From Tubiluchus corallicola (taxonomy: Eukaryota; Animalia; Priapulida): a stretch of DNA of 64,000 nt. A model generated the notes under the pieces. That model was not told where the DNA came from, did no database searches, and saw only the letters and a list, made by a program, of their open reading frames with translations. A program made the position numbers and the translations under genes. Shown one piece after another: positions 40,745-53,471 of this stretch. Location: NCBI GenBank assembly GCA_030141605.1, contig JAQGDQ010000166.1:378570-442569 (forward strand), in the 5' to 3' direction. The first letter of the stretch is position 1; each line of letters opens with the position of its first letter.

Positions 40745-41224
40745 CTGGGGCGTTTCAAGAGTTTCCGACACCCTAGGCTGATAGTTCTGCCTCCACCTCT
40801 ATTGTCAATTTATGGTTGTTTATGTAGTGAGCTCACGAAGCAATTATTTGTGGTGTATAAAAAGCACTATTAATCTAGTTTCTACATTGTCATTATTTTT
40901 ATTTATATAATGAGCAAATTAAACAATTACTTGTAGTGTATTAGAAACACTATTAACCTAGTTTGTACGTGGTCATTATTAATTACGTATATCTGCATAG
41001 CGCTTGCTTGATGTGTAATGCCTTGCACCTGTTCATTATGTGGCACTTATATAAAAGCTGCTCTCTGTAACTGCCTGTGGTGTGTTATAAACTGCACCCT
41101 TACACGAATATGAAATAATGCACATTTTCCTAGGAAAATAAAAAAATTTCTAAAATGTGATGCCCCTCAAACTTTGGCGTCCTAGGCTATAGCCTAGTTA
41201 GCCTGTAGGTTAATACACCCCATG
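40745..41224. mobile_element. hAT-like MITE family J. Related copies: about 17355-17755, 41695-41960, 58555-59305 (inverted, with 3 x about 148-bp repeat)
   Basis: 8-bp TSD TGGACTGC/TGGACTAC; ends CTGGGGCG ... TAATACACCCCATG. Confidence 0.75.
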
Positions 41225-41425
41225 TGGACTACGTTTAACTCTAACTGCTCAGCAACCCTATTGCTTGAAGCTTTCACTACTGTAATGAGTTTGCTGTTAA
41301 ATAATCGACAATTTTAATCGATAAATTAATGTGCAAGGATTAGAATTTCAAGGTGAACTTCGTCTAGTTTCGCTTAAGCTTAAAACATCATTTTTTCCCT
41401 CTCTCTCGTTACTCTTGAATTCCAG

Positions 41426-41551
41426 ATCAAGTTCTTCAGCGATGCTCCCGTGGCGGCGCTGCAATACATGGACGTTTTGGAACAGAAAGATCTCAATCAA
41501 AAACAACAATTCTTCTCAACGTTGCCTGACATCCTCCCTAACATTCCAAAA
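41426..41551 (+). CDS. SCYL2: SCYL2-like exon 9
   Basis: IKFFSDAPVAALQYMDVLEQKDLNQKQQFFSTLPDILPNIPK; |gtaagt. Confidence 0.9.
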
Positions 41552-42127
41552 GTAAGTACTTTTCTCCCTGGGTGTTTAGAGATAATTAAAATAATATAAT
41601 TATTTCATAGAGATGATATCGACAATGATGACTATGATGGTGTCATAGTGATGCTGCTGCTGATGATGATGATGACGACGACGACGACGACCTACTTTCT
41701 ACGTGGTCATTATTAATTACATATATTTGCATAGCGCTTGCTTGTTGTGTAATGCCTTGCACCTGTTCGTTATGTGGCACTTATATAAAACTTGCTCTCT
41801 GTAACTGCCTGTGGTGTGTTATAAACTGCACCCTTTACATGAATATGAAATTATGCACATTTTCCGAGGAGAATAAAATTTTTTTCTAAAATGTGACGCC
41901 CTTCCAACTTTGGCGTCCTAGGCTATAGCCTAGTTAGCCTGTTGGTTAATGCGCCCCTTGTGGACTGCGTTCAACTCTAACTGCTCAGCAACCCTATTGC
42001 TTGAAGCTTTCACTACTGTAATGAGTTTGCTGCTAATTAATCGACAATTTTAATCGACGGCGATGACGACGACGAATAGATGATGATGATGTGATAATGA
42101 TGATGATGAATGATGATGAAAATGACA

Positions 42128-42214
<87 letters not shown>

Positions 42215-42331
42215 TTGATAATGATAGTAACAACAGAAACAAGGATGGCGATGATGGTGTCATGCTGATGCTGATGATGATAACAATGACGACAAGAATG
42301 ACGATGGCGCTTTCTTTCAATCTTTAAAATA

Positions 42332-42871
42332 TTGAAAGGAAACATACTATCTTTTCAAAAGTGACTTACATGAAAGAATTATTACCACACAAACGCTATT
42401 TTACATTCGCGCCACTAGTTCTTCGCTGTCACATATATTTCGCCATTCACTAGTTCCATGGGCACTAGCGCCTGCATTTCGGTAACGCATTGCACGAAAG
42501 AAGGTGCTGTACCCCTCAGTTCACATGTGTTAGTTTGTGACGAACTACACACGTTCGATACCTCACGTTTGAATTTTTATCTTAAAACTTGCCTAGTTTT
42601 AGTGCAATACACTGAATATCTTACAGTAGCACTGTACTTCAATTTTCGATTTCGCAAAAACGTGCAACACGCTCGTGGAATATTTTTGCTGTTGAAAATT
42701 GTGTTCGTTTTTGATGTCATCAATAGTTGGGCTCCCCGCCATTAATTAAGTTTTTAATTTGTTATTTAACTATCACAAATGCCTTTCCAGTATTATTGGT
42801 GTTAAAAGGTATACTTTTTTCCACACTTCAAAATTGAGTAGGATACGAAAAATCATCCCCCTTTCCTTTAA
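42332..42871. mobile_element. MITE family D (about 540 bp). Other copies: about 15672-16231, 22900-23445, 24735-25030, 36590-37008 (inverted)
   Basis: Shared internal motifs (GACTTACATGAAAGAATT, ACCTCTCAGTTCA, GCTCGTGGAAT); ends AAGGAAA...TTTCCTTTAA. Confidence 0.75.
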
Positions 42872-43359
42872 GTATTTATTACCCTCACTATCTGTAACAT
42901 TTTCTCCCTGCCTATCAGAATTCACGTACCATTACTTTGACGAGCTGAGCGTTACAGTATTAATCAGTTTAACCTTCGGCGCCCTTCATTGTACGTCAAA
43001 TTTTCAATTAAGCTAATCAGTATCTTATTTTGTTAATGGAAAAACAAAATTTTAATCTGCATACAATGCAGTTGTTAAATCAGCGTTAATTATTCATTTC
43101 AATGTTGGTGTAACATTGAACTAGAGTTGGTGATTACATAACTATAACGTTAGGACAAAAATGTTTTAAACAAAGTCAAACAATTAAGTGCCGTTTATGT
43201 AGCATGCAGATGTGGATGCGTTATGCGGATGCGGAATAAATAAAATCGGTTTATATTCTTTTCAATGCATAGGTTTGTGCAGCCTGCATATGCGTTATTC
43301 TTTTTCCGCAGCATTCCTACTGATTTGTTTCACACACATAAATTTAAAATATACTTCCT

Positions 43360-43788
43360 CTGAACAGAAATTTTCAAGCTCGATGGCTGCCGCCATTCAT
43401 TTAAAAATCATGACGTAAGTGGGAGATTTCGTGAATTTTCGTAAGCGACTTGTGGTTTTCCGTGAGCGCGCGCTGCTTAAACTAAATCAAACTTTTGCAA
43501 TTTACCTAATGATCATGAAAAATATTACAAAATTAGCTACCTATTTTTTTTGTAAAAACTTTTGATGACAATTGACAGTACGTTACTTTTTTCCAAGACG
43601 AGTGACGTCATTGGAAGAAGAATGGACATTGAAAATAGGAGCGTCCAAGCATGAAGTGATGGCGACTTTAAACTTATTTTACTAATTAGACGAGGCGCTT
43701 ATTGCAGTTTTATTATTAAATCCTTCTAACTTTTTTCATGAACATTGAAATAAGCCTAACCGCCTAGAAGACTTGACCTTTCCTTTAA
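43360..43788. mobile_element. TTAA-ended repeat, reverse-complement homolog of about 414-800
   Basis: TTAAAGGAAAGATCAAGCCTTCTAGGAGGTTAGGC at 414 matches GCCTAACCGCCTAGAAGACTTGACCTTTCCTTTAA at 43754-43788. Confidence 0.7.
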
Positions 43789-43862
43789 AGAAAAGAAGAA
43801 GAAAATGGAGTATACTGTACTTTGCAACAATCGGATTTTCTTTTTCTTTCTTGATTTTGCAG

Positions 43863-43926
43863 AAACTACTTTATCAACACGTGTTGCCTTGCCTTCAGTC
43901 GGAACTTAAAGAATTTGACCTGACAG
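43863..43926 (+). CDS. SCYL2: SCYL2-like exon 10
   Basis: KLLYQHVLPCLQSELKEFDLT; cag|gtaaag, phase 1. Confidence 0.85.
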
Positions 43927-44296
43927 GTAAAGTTTTTTACATTTGAAACAATACTGAAGTTTTTTAGTAGTAAATGTTTAGGTACGACTCCATGTGCGCG
44001 TAATGCGTGATGCGTATACAACAGTTTGTATTTAAACATATGTAAGTGTTTCGATGTGTACGTAATGAGTAATGCGTAATCTATAATGCGTGATGCGTAT
44101 ACAACAGTTTGTATTTAAACACGTGGAAGTGTTTCGATGTGTACGTAATGCGTAATCCATAATGCGTGATGCGTGCATTCACTCGAGCATGATGACTATC
44201 GTCTGAATACGCATCATTCTTGTTCTTAAAATATAGGCAGAGTGACGCAACACTACTTTAAAATGTTTTATATCATTTTCTGTACATATTCTAGAA

Positions 44297-44891
44297 TACG
44301 GGCTTGTTAGGTACATAGTAAAAATAAAAAATAAATGTATTAACTTGAAATTTCGACTTGGTATCTCGAAATTTTGATTTAGTATTTCGAAATTTTTAGT
44401 ATGTCGAAATTTCCTCTTAGTAACTCGAAATTTCCACTTTGTAACTCAAAATTTCCACTTAGTAATCCGAAATTTCAACTTAGTAACTCAAAATTTCCAC
44501 TTAGTAACTCAAAATTTCCACTTAATTAATAACCCGAAATTTCCACTTAGTACCTTGAAATTTCCACTTAGTATCTCGAAATTTCCACTTAGTATCTCAA
44601 ATTTCCACTTAGTAACTCAAAATTTCCACTTAGTAACTCAAAATTTCCACTTAATTAGTAACCCGAAATTTCCACTTAGTATCTTCAAATTTCCACTTAG
44701 TATCTCGAAATTTCCACTTAGTATCTCGGAATTTCCACTTAGCATTTCAGAATTTCCACTTAGCATTTCAGAATTTCCACTTAGTAACTCGAAATTTCTA
44801 GATAACAAGTTGGAATTTCAAGCTACTAAGTCGGAATTTCGAGTTAATAAATTTATTTATATTTTTACTATGTCCCTAACAAGCCGCCGTA
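44297..44891. mobile_element. TIR MITE with internal about 21-bp tandem repeats
   Basis: TACGGGCTTGTTAGG ... CCTAACAAGCCGCCGTA; core (GAAATTTCCACTTAGTATCTC)n. Confidence 0.75.
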
Positions 44892-45239
44892 CTAGTAAAT
44901 GGCGTATCGTAAGCAAAACACGTGAAAAACTTATGAAGAACAATGTTGCAAGTGGCGAGGATCTTGGTTAAAACTGCATACTTGCTTGGAGCACAGTAAA
45001 TCAATTGCCTCTCTTGGGAAAAGCTTTGCTGATTGGCAGACAGCTAATCAGACTGGAAAGTGATGAATAGCTGTTGTATTCTATAGGGACTAGACATAGT
45101 GTTTAGTCAATAGTCGGACACGACTACTTCAACAACTATTCAAACTTTGTTAACGGTCATGTTTAGAAATTCAAGTTTTAAGACGGTAGTAAGGAGATTA
45201 TTTTTCCTGCATTTCAGAAGGTTGTCAAATGAACGTGAA

Positions 45240-45439
45240 CGAAACATTCAAATTGACTAAAAACTTTCATAAAAAGAAGATCTTTGCTGATTTAGGGTTT
45301 TCATTCTATCCAAACATTCAAATTGACTAAAAACGTAAATAAAAAGAAAATCTTTGCTGATTTAGGATTTTCATTCGATCGAAACATTCAAATTGAGTAA
45401 AAACTTCAATAAAAAGAAAATCTTTGCTGATTTAGGATT

Positions 45440-45441
<2 letters not shown>
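45240..45441. repeat. 70-bp tandem repeat x3
   Basis: AAACATTCAAATTGA at 45242, 45312 and 45382. Confidence 0.9.
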
Positions 45442-45872
<431 letters not shown>

Positions 45873-46779
45873 AAACCTAATAAAATCAACAAGTTAAAAC
45901 TCGGCAGAGGGCAGAGGACGTTTTCTTTTTTTCGTTTTCTTCTCCTCCTTCGTCTTGTTCACCTTTGTCTTTTCTCTTTTCGTTTTACTATTGCCGTTTT
46001 CATCTTCTCTTCGTCTTTTCCTCCTTCATCTTGTCTTACTTCATCTTTTTCTTCTTCGTCTTCTTCTTGACGTCTTTCATCTTCTTCTTCGTCTTCTTTG
46101 CATGATTTTATTGCCAGGGCAAAAATAGCCACCAAAGTAATTTCTTGCTGATGTTTGACTATGTGTGGACCATGTGGTAGTACCAGAACCTATCGTTTTA
46201 TTATCAAAGCTAAGCTTATTATAGGATTTAGACTAAAGCCGGCCACGTTCGTATGTGAATCGTCAGTCCTCAACGAGGATATGGCTGACTTTAATATCGC
46301 GAATGCACATCCTCAAAGTGACTATTGAATCACCCATTACTCAGCCACCCATCTAATCACCACGAGCCTCTGTGCTGCTTAACCTCACAGTTGTTTAAAC
46401 TCGGTTATTCCCATATAATTGTTAGTCATACTCAGAATGACTATTGAATCAACTCATTACTCAGTCACACATCTAATCGCCACCTGTCTCTGTGTTGCTT
46501 AACCTCACAGCTGTTTAAGCAGACGGTGTGACCATTTGGCTATTTCCATATAATTGCTAGTCATGCTCAAAGTCGCTATTGAACCAAGTGCTCAGTCGCC
46601 CATTTATTCACCACCAGACTCCGTGTTGCTTAACTTTACAGTTGTTTAAGCACATATTCTGTGCTCAGCTATTCTTCCTTCTAGTGATTTTACGTACTAC
46701 GATTAAATCGAAAACTATTCAAAGAGTTTTCTATTCAAAATAACAACATGGATTAATATGCATTTATTTTTTCTTTTAG

Positions 46780-46892
46780 CATGTGTGCTAAAGTCTTTCT
46801 TATATCTGCTCGACAAAGCTAGTGATGAAGAATATCAAACTAAGTTTTTGCCCACCCTGTATCGAGCATTCGTGCTGCCAAAATCAACACAG
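46780..46892 (+). CDS. SCYL2: SCYL2-like exon 11
   Basis: CVLKSFLYLLDKASDEEYQTKFLPTLYRAFVLPKSTQ; |gtatgt. Confidence 0.87.
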
Positions 46893-48549
46893 GTATGTCT
46901 TTAGCACAACGTCATAAACATTCACAATTGCTTTAGTAAGCCTTTTCACAGTTTAGTCGCGCGCACGCGCGGTTGTTGAAGGCCAAAGGTAAAGTGTACC
47001 ACAGCAACGCATCTTAACTACAACTGACACGTGACATGTGGGTAAAGTAAAGCCATCGCCAGCTTCAGTTCAGACTTTACTTAATTATGCCTTAGTCTGA
47101 GCGTTGAGTGATTTACTAGCAGGATCGTGCTTGAGAACAGGAAAAATGAATTAGGTAAGCTTCTAGCTAGCTGTTAAAACAGTTACTTTTACAATAGCAA
47201 GGGCTGCGAGGCGTTATCAAGCGTACACAAATGCATTGTCTGATACACTTAAACTTTGATTTTTTTCATGATCATCATCAATCGCTGGAACTGTGAAAAG
47301 GCTTATTGTTTCTTGTCTAGTATAAAACAATAATTTTTATCTGATAAAACATCAAATTGTCAAAAGTTAATTCAGTTTTAGGCATGAATAGCATGTAGTT
47401 TAGGGTATCATATTGTTGTTGCTAAAATTTTGAGATTTTTGCTCAGTGCTTAGTTTATAAACTATGACATGATTTATAAACTATGACTATGAAACTATGA
47501 CACAGACATAGACGTAAACAATTTACTTTCTTCTGTCCGGCAAATAGCTCAACAAATCAACAATGGGGTGACATTATGTTAATGTTGTAGAAGAGAGGGC
47601 AGAAAGTGACCATATGGGTCATCAAGTCTCGATGCAAATTGTGAAATGTGTGAATTTATGATGTTAATTTTATAACACGAGATATAGTGTCCACTAATGC
47701 ATTATGCAGTACTAATTTTACGAGGAGTTGAGGCAGGAGGCCCATATGGTCCCGCATGCTGCCGTTTCTTCTGCACCTCCAACATGACGCCGCCCCCATT
47801 TGTAAGTGTTGATTGCAACATGTGTCTAATGTTATGTAACATAAAAATCTGTCAATGCTTGCATTTGTTTTACATGTCAAATGAATTTTGGCTAAAGTTT
47901 ATAATTCCCCCACACACAAGAAATTAGTTCGTGAAGGTTGGGGATATGACTAGTTTTGGGATTAAGGTTAGGGTTAAGGTTAGATGGGGTTAGTATTAGG
48001 TTTAGGATATGGGTTAGGTTTAGGATTAGGGTTAGGGTTAGATTGGGGTTAGTGTTAGTTTTAGGATAAGGATTAGGGTTAGGTTGAGGTTAGTGTTAAG
48101 TTTAGGATTAGGATTAGGATTAGAGTTAATTAGGGGTTAGTGTTGGGTTGGGGTTAGGATTAGGGTTGGGTATAGGGTTAGGGTTGTGTTAGTGTTATGT
48201 TGAGGTTAGTGTTAAGTTTAGGATTAGGATTAGGGTTAGGCTGAGGTTAGTTTCAGGGTTAGAGTTAGGATCAGTATTAAGGTTAGGGTTAGGATTAGTA
48301 TTAAGGTTAGTGTTAGGATTAGGATTAGGATTATGGTTAGGATTATGATTATGGTTAGGATTAGTATTAAGGTTAGGGTTAGGATTAGTATTAGGGTTAG
48401 GGTTAAGGTTAGTGTTAGGATTAGTATTAGGGTTAGGGTCAGGGTTAATGTTAGGATTAGAATTAAGGTTAGGGTTACGGTTAAGCTATTTAAATTGTGT
48501 GGGGCATTCTTTTGAAATTTTGTATATATGCCTTAATTTTTTCTTTTAG

Positions 48550-48672
48550 GCATGGGTGATTTTACTAGATCATTTAGGCACCATTGCAAGCAAGTTATCA
48601 AAGCAGGAGATTAATTCTGATATCGTTCCCCTGGTGCTCAACGCAGTCGACCACGCCTCTATCAATGTCCAA
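48550..48672 (+). CDS. SCYL2: SCYL2-like exon 12 (shortest form, first of 27 tandem donors)
   Basis: AWVILLDHLGTIASKLSKQEINSDIVPLVLNAVDHASINVQ|gtaagt. Confidence 0.85.
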
Positions 48673-49536
48673 GTAAGTGTCGACCACGCCTCTATCAATG
48701 TCCAAGTAAGTGTCGACCAGGCCTCTATCAATGTCCAAGTAAGCGTCGACCATGCCTCTATCAATGTCCAAGTAAGTGTCGACCACGCCTCTATCAATGT
48801 CCAAGTAAGTGTCGACCACGCCTCTATCAATGTCGAAGTAAGTGTCGACCATGCCTCTATCAATGTCCAAGTAAGTGTCGACCATGCCTCTATCAATGTC
48901 CAAGTAAGCGTCGTCCACGCCTCTATCAATGTCCAAGTAAGTGTCGACCATGCCTCTATCAATGTCCAAGTAAGTGTCGACCACGCCTCTATCAATGTCC
49001 AAGTAAGTGTCGACCACGCCTCTATCATTGTCCAGGTAAGCGTCGACCATGCCTCTATCAATGTCCAAGTAAGTGTCGACCCTGCCTCTATCAATGTCCA
49101 AGTAAGTGTCGTCCACGCCTCTATCAATGTCCAAGTAAGTGTCGACCATGCCTCTATCAATGTCCAAGTAAGTGTCGACCACGCCTCTATCAATGTCCAA
49201 GTAAGTGTCGACCATGCCTCTATCAATGTCCAAGTAAGTGTCGACCACGCCTCTATCAATGTCCAAGTAAGTGTCGACCATGCCTCTATCAATGTCCAAG
49301 TAAGTGTCGACCACGCCTCTATCAATGTCCAAGTAAGTGTCGATCACACCTCTATCAATGTCCAAGTAAGTGTTGACCACGCCTCTATCAATGTTCAAGT
49401 AAGTGTCCACCACGCCTCTATCAATGTCCAAGTAAGTGTCTACCACGCCTCTATCAATGTCCAGGTGAGTGTCCACCACGCCTCTATCAATGCCCAAGTA
49501 AGTGTCTACCACGCCTCTATCAATGTCCAAGTAGGT
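48646..49536 (+). repeat. 27 x 33-bp tandem array of exon end plus 5' splice site
   Basis: Unit GTCGACCACGCCTCTATCAATGTCCAA|GTAAGT; 891 bp = 27 x 33; reads (VDHASINVQVS)n with no stop. Confidence 0.95.
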
Positions 49537-49889
49537 GCCATTCTCAAGAATTTAATCTTAGAAACAAACTAGATTGCTAAAAATCAAGCTAAAAACAGTT
49601 ACTTTTTAAAAAATCAAAACCCAAAAGTGATTTCTTCAGTAAGAGGACTATGCTCGGTCTGAAATTTTCGGTTTCATTTGATGACCTTTTCCTCAGTAAG
49701 TTGATAATGAACATAAACTTGTGAACAGTAAGTGAAGGTATGAACATGGCCTTACACTAAAGAAATTGAAGCAAAATTTTGCTATATTTCCTTCAGTTAA
49801 TAAAGTACGTCATCAAACGATATTTAATGAGCATCTGGTTTGGATGCCCAATCACTCCAGTACACTTAGTGTTTTTCAAAAGAAACCCA

Positions 49890-50275
49890 ATATAATAAAT
49901 TTCATAGAATTTTTGTTTAAAAAAATCAACATTTCTACTTTGCACTAGCAGTCATCCTCAGGAAATAAATGGTTTAAAATATGAAACAAAATAAAAACGT
50001 GACAAAACCACGAGTATCTGTACTTTTGTTTTTACATTTTTTCCTCTATGATTATTGTTTGCATAAAAAAATGTAAATATTTGTAGTTTTGCCATAATGC
50101 TTTTGTTTATTTCCGAATTAAAAAAACAAAAAATGTAGATATTGGTAGTTTTGTCACAATGTTTTTGCTTTTTTTCTGAATTTTAAATCATTATTTAAAT
50201 ATTTCCTAGTGATTACGGCTAGTTTGTAGTTGAAAACTTGAACTTTTCAAATAAAAATTTGTATAAAATCTTTTA
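49890..50275. repeat. Degenerate palindromic element
   Basis: GTGACAAAACCAC vs GTAGTTTTGTCAC and inverted flanking blocks. Confidence 0.55.
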
Positions 50276-50397
50276 TATTGTGTGTTACTCCAAGAATATT
50301 GTTCTTGTTGTAAAAAATTCAAAAACTTTAACATTTAGTGCGTCTTTCCAAATTGCTCTTGCTGGTTTTACTAAATTTGTTTCTGTTTTCATTCTAG

Positions 50398-50511
50398 GAT
50401 GCAGGTTTGTGCAACATTTACTTGGTACAAGAATTCTTGGAGGACAGCCTGCTGCGAAAAAAGATCTTACCCAAAGCCAAAGCTGTCTTTCAGAAAACAT
50501 CTAGCATAAGA
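50398..50511 (+). CDS. SCYL2: SCYL2-like exon 13
   Basis: DAGLCNIYLVQEFLEDSLLRKKILPKAKAVFQKTSSIR; |gtaaga. Confidence 0.87.
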
Positions 50512-50659
50512 GTAAGAATCACTTACTAGACATTTGATTCCAAGTTTTATTAAACAAACAAAACGTTTCGTGAGGTGCTTCCCACATTGCCAATTGTAAA
50601 CAATTCCAAGCCAAAATCTTCAGCAATTGGTATTGTTGGGAACAGAGTAGGACAATTGC

Positions 50660-51130
50660 CGTACATGGGCCAGCCCAAGTAGAACGCGTCGTACATGGGC
50701 TGCCCAATAAGGACTCGTCGTACAAGGGCTACCCAAGGAGGACTCGTCGTACAAGGGCTACCCAAGAAGCTACCCAAGAGGACTCGTCGTACAAGGGCTG
50801 CCCAAGAAGGACTCGTCGTACAAGGGCTACCCAAGAAGGACTCGTCGTACAAGGGCTACCCAAGAAGGACTCGTCGTACAAGGGCTACCCAAGAAGGACG
50901 CGTCATACACGGGCTACCCAAGAAGGACTCGTCATACAAGGGCTGCCCAAGAAGGACTCATCGTACAAGGGCTACCCAAGAAGGACTCGTCGTACAAGGG
51001 CTGCCCAAGAAGGACTCATCGTACAAGGGCTACTCAAAAAGGACGCGTCGTACACGGGCTGTCCAAGTAGGACGCATCGTACGCGGGCTGCCCAAGAAGG
51101 ACGCGTCATACACAGGCTGCCAAAGTAAGA
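50660..51130. repeat. 29-bp GC-rich minisatellite
   Basis: (AAGGACTCGTCGTACAAGGGCTACCCAAG)n. Confidence 0.92.
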
Positions 51131-51521
51131 CACAAGCGGCAGGTCACGAATTGAGTCGTTAACCGTACTGGCAGTATCTGATGTCTTTGCTTTAACAGTT
51201 TTAACAGCTAGCTAGAACATTACCTAGTTCATTTTTTCTTGTTCCCAAGCAGGATCCTGCAAGTAAATCACTCTACGCCCAAATTAATGCATAATTAAGT
51301 AAAGCCCACGTAAAACAACTGAAGATACTGAACTTATGCGGCAGATGATTTTGCTTTACCCACACGTCGCGTGACGGTTGTAGTTAACACGCGTTGCTGT
51401 GGTACACTTAACCTTTGACCAGCAGCAACAGCACGTGCGTGTACAGAAACTGTGAAAAGACTTATTATTCTAGTACTGCTTACGTAAATTTAAACGTAAG
51501 ACATTATTTGTTATTTTGCAG

Positions 51522-51663
51522 ACGCAAGTCAACTGTTTGGAGTGCATTGATTCCATGCTGGACTATTTAGACAAAATGACCATTTTGGATGAAGTATTAT
51601 CATTTCTACTAGATATACAAAGCAAAAGAGGTCAAACGGTAGAAGTTATCATGGCTATATTAG
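51522..51663 (+). CDS. SCYL2: SCYL2-like exon 14
   Basis: TQVNCLECIDSMLDYLDKMTILDEVLSFL...VIMAIL; |gtaatg, phase 1. Confidence 0.9.
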
Positions 51664-51730
51664 GTAATGTAAAGAGACTTCATAGTAAGCCATTGTAGTG
51701 AATTACATTATTCTAAATGAAACAGCTTAA

Positions 51731-52265
51731 AGGAAAATCAGATGATTGTGTAAACACGAGTTCAGAATAAACAGTGCTCTAAAATATTGAAAACTACAAT
51801 AGCTTATTCTAAATTAAAGCTTAGATTAAATTATAATTACTTCTGATACTCAAATTTCGTTAAACTTAGCTACGAGCGGCTCTGTGAATCTACTAAGACT
51901 GGCAGCGGCGCCTTTTTGTCACGTTCGCGTGGCCGTCAAATAAAAGGCGTTACCGTGATAACCATGATCATGAACTGATGTGTTAGTTTCTTGACGTCAT
52001 ATGATGTAGAGCCCATTTTTCGTGACATCACGCATTTAAGCAGTAACACTTACTCAAACGTGCTTAATGCGCAAAAGAAGATGTCTGCCATTGCACAACT
52101 GTGGTTAATTTGTGACATAAGCAATAGCTCTGTTCGGTTGGTAATTATTCCTAAGCTAATTATTCAAATATAAAAAACAACTGTTAATTTTTTTAGACAA
52201 GAAAATGCATATTTTGGACAGTAAATTAAAATGAGATTGAATCTAAACAATCGTCCGGTTTTCCT
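51731..52265. mobile_element. Kolobok-like MITE
   Basis: TTAA|AGGAAAATCAGATGATTG ... CAATCGTCCGGTTTTCCT|TTAA. Confidence 0.75.
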
Positions 52266-53352
52266 TTAAGTGTTAATCCTTTATTTATGTATATATAACC
52301 TATAGAAAACGTAAGAACGCCTTGATTACATCTTCTCTTGTTAGTTTTTGTTGAAATTATTTTGACAATATTTGCTTCATACTTTTTTGGCTATAAAGAA
52401 ATGAAGTACTTGAAGGACAAGAAAATGGGTATCTAAAGTAGATTTCAGGAAAAAAGTCTTAAAAATTCTATTGCTTTACAGCAATTTTATGCGTATATCG
52501 TATTCGCGTTGAAAGTATTTTTTGTTTGTTTTCATTTTAAATCTCCCACAATACTGTTCCGTCTGCGCCATTACATGACGTCATATACGCACAACGTAAA
52601 TTATGGGGAGAAAAGGGAATGTTAAATTATGTTCCAGAAAACTTTCTATGCAAATCTATATTACGTAGGACTTCGCTTACCTGCTGGAAAGACTTATATA
52701 ACTAAAAAAGAAAATCATTAATTATTTAAAATGCTTTCACCAATTGGTAAAATGTCGTTGACTCACCTCTAGGGTGCACCACTAACAAACAAAGAACAAC
52801 GTATTTTTAATCTTATTGACAATTTACAGTAATTAAAAATTTACTTCGTTAGTGACGTGTATGCTACAAATGCAGTGATTATTTTTTCAGTGTTTAAATT
52901 TACATGTTTTATACAGCGTTGCTGCTGACACAAGCCCTGCATGCAAAAAGGCAAGATGTAAGTGGTAGAAAATTTCGAGACGAATTTTTAAGTTTTACGT
53001 AAGTGGAGGGTTTTCTTGTCCTTTAAACTCTCTTTTTTAAATGCAAACAAACTGCGAATATATCGAACCTATCAAATTAAAAATTTTACTTTGTTTGTTT
53101 AAACTTTTTTCAAATGGCTTATCGTCAAAATGTCCTGCGTCTAACAGTCATCACGGAAGTTTAAATTTACAAATTTTATACAGCGTTAATGCCACCGCAA
53201 ACCCCGAGTGCAAAAAAGCAATATATAAATAATATGCAATTTCAAGACGAAATTTTCTAAGCTTTAAGTAAGTGGAATGGGTTTCTTGTGCTTTAATTAA
53301 AGCACTTACATATGAGGTCCGGTCGTTTCATTTCATTTCATTTTATTTCCAG

Positions 53353-53471
53353 CTATTTACAAGCACATGTTGAGTGATAAACGTTATGGTCTCACTCACA
53401 GTCTGCTAGCTACCAAGGTTATGCCGCCATTACTGCCATACACCGTGAATCCATCATTAAGACTTGACGAG
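53353..53471 (+). CDS. SCYL2: SCYL2-like exon 15
   Basis: IYKHMLSDKRYGLTHSLLATKVMPPLLPYTVNPSLRLDE; |gtaatt. Confidence 0.9.

Noticed and set aside
47960-48485. True telomere or chromosome fusion site
   Set aside because: Highly degenerate, intronic, and bounded by the same end sequence as the 39.2-kb copy.
48646-49536. CRISPR array, or independent repeat proteins on the antisense ORFs (48570-49325, 48598-49530)
   Set aside because: Head-to-tail repeats without spacers, in a eukaryotic intron context; antisense frames are open only because the 33-bp unit lacks stops.
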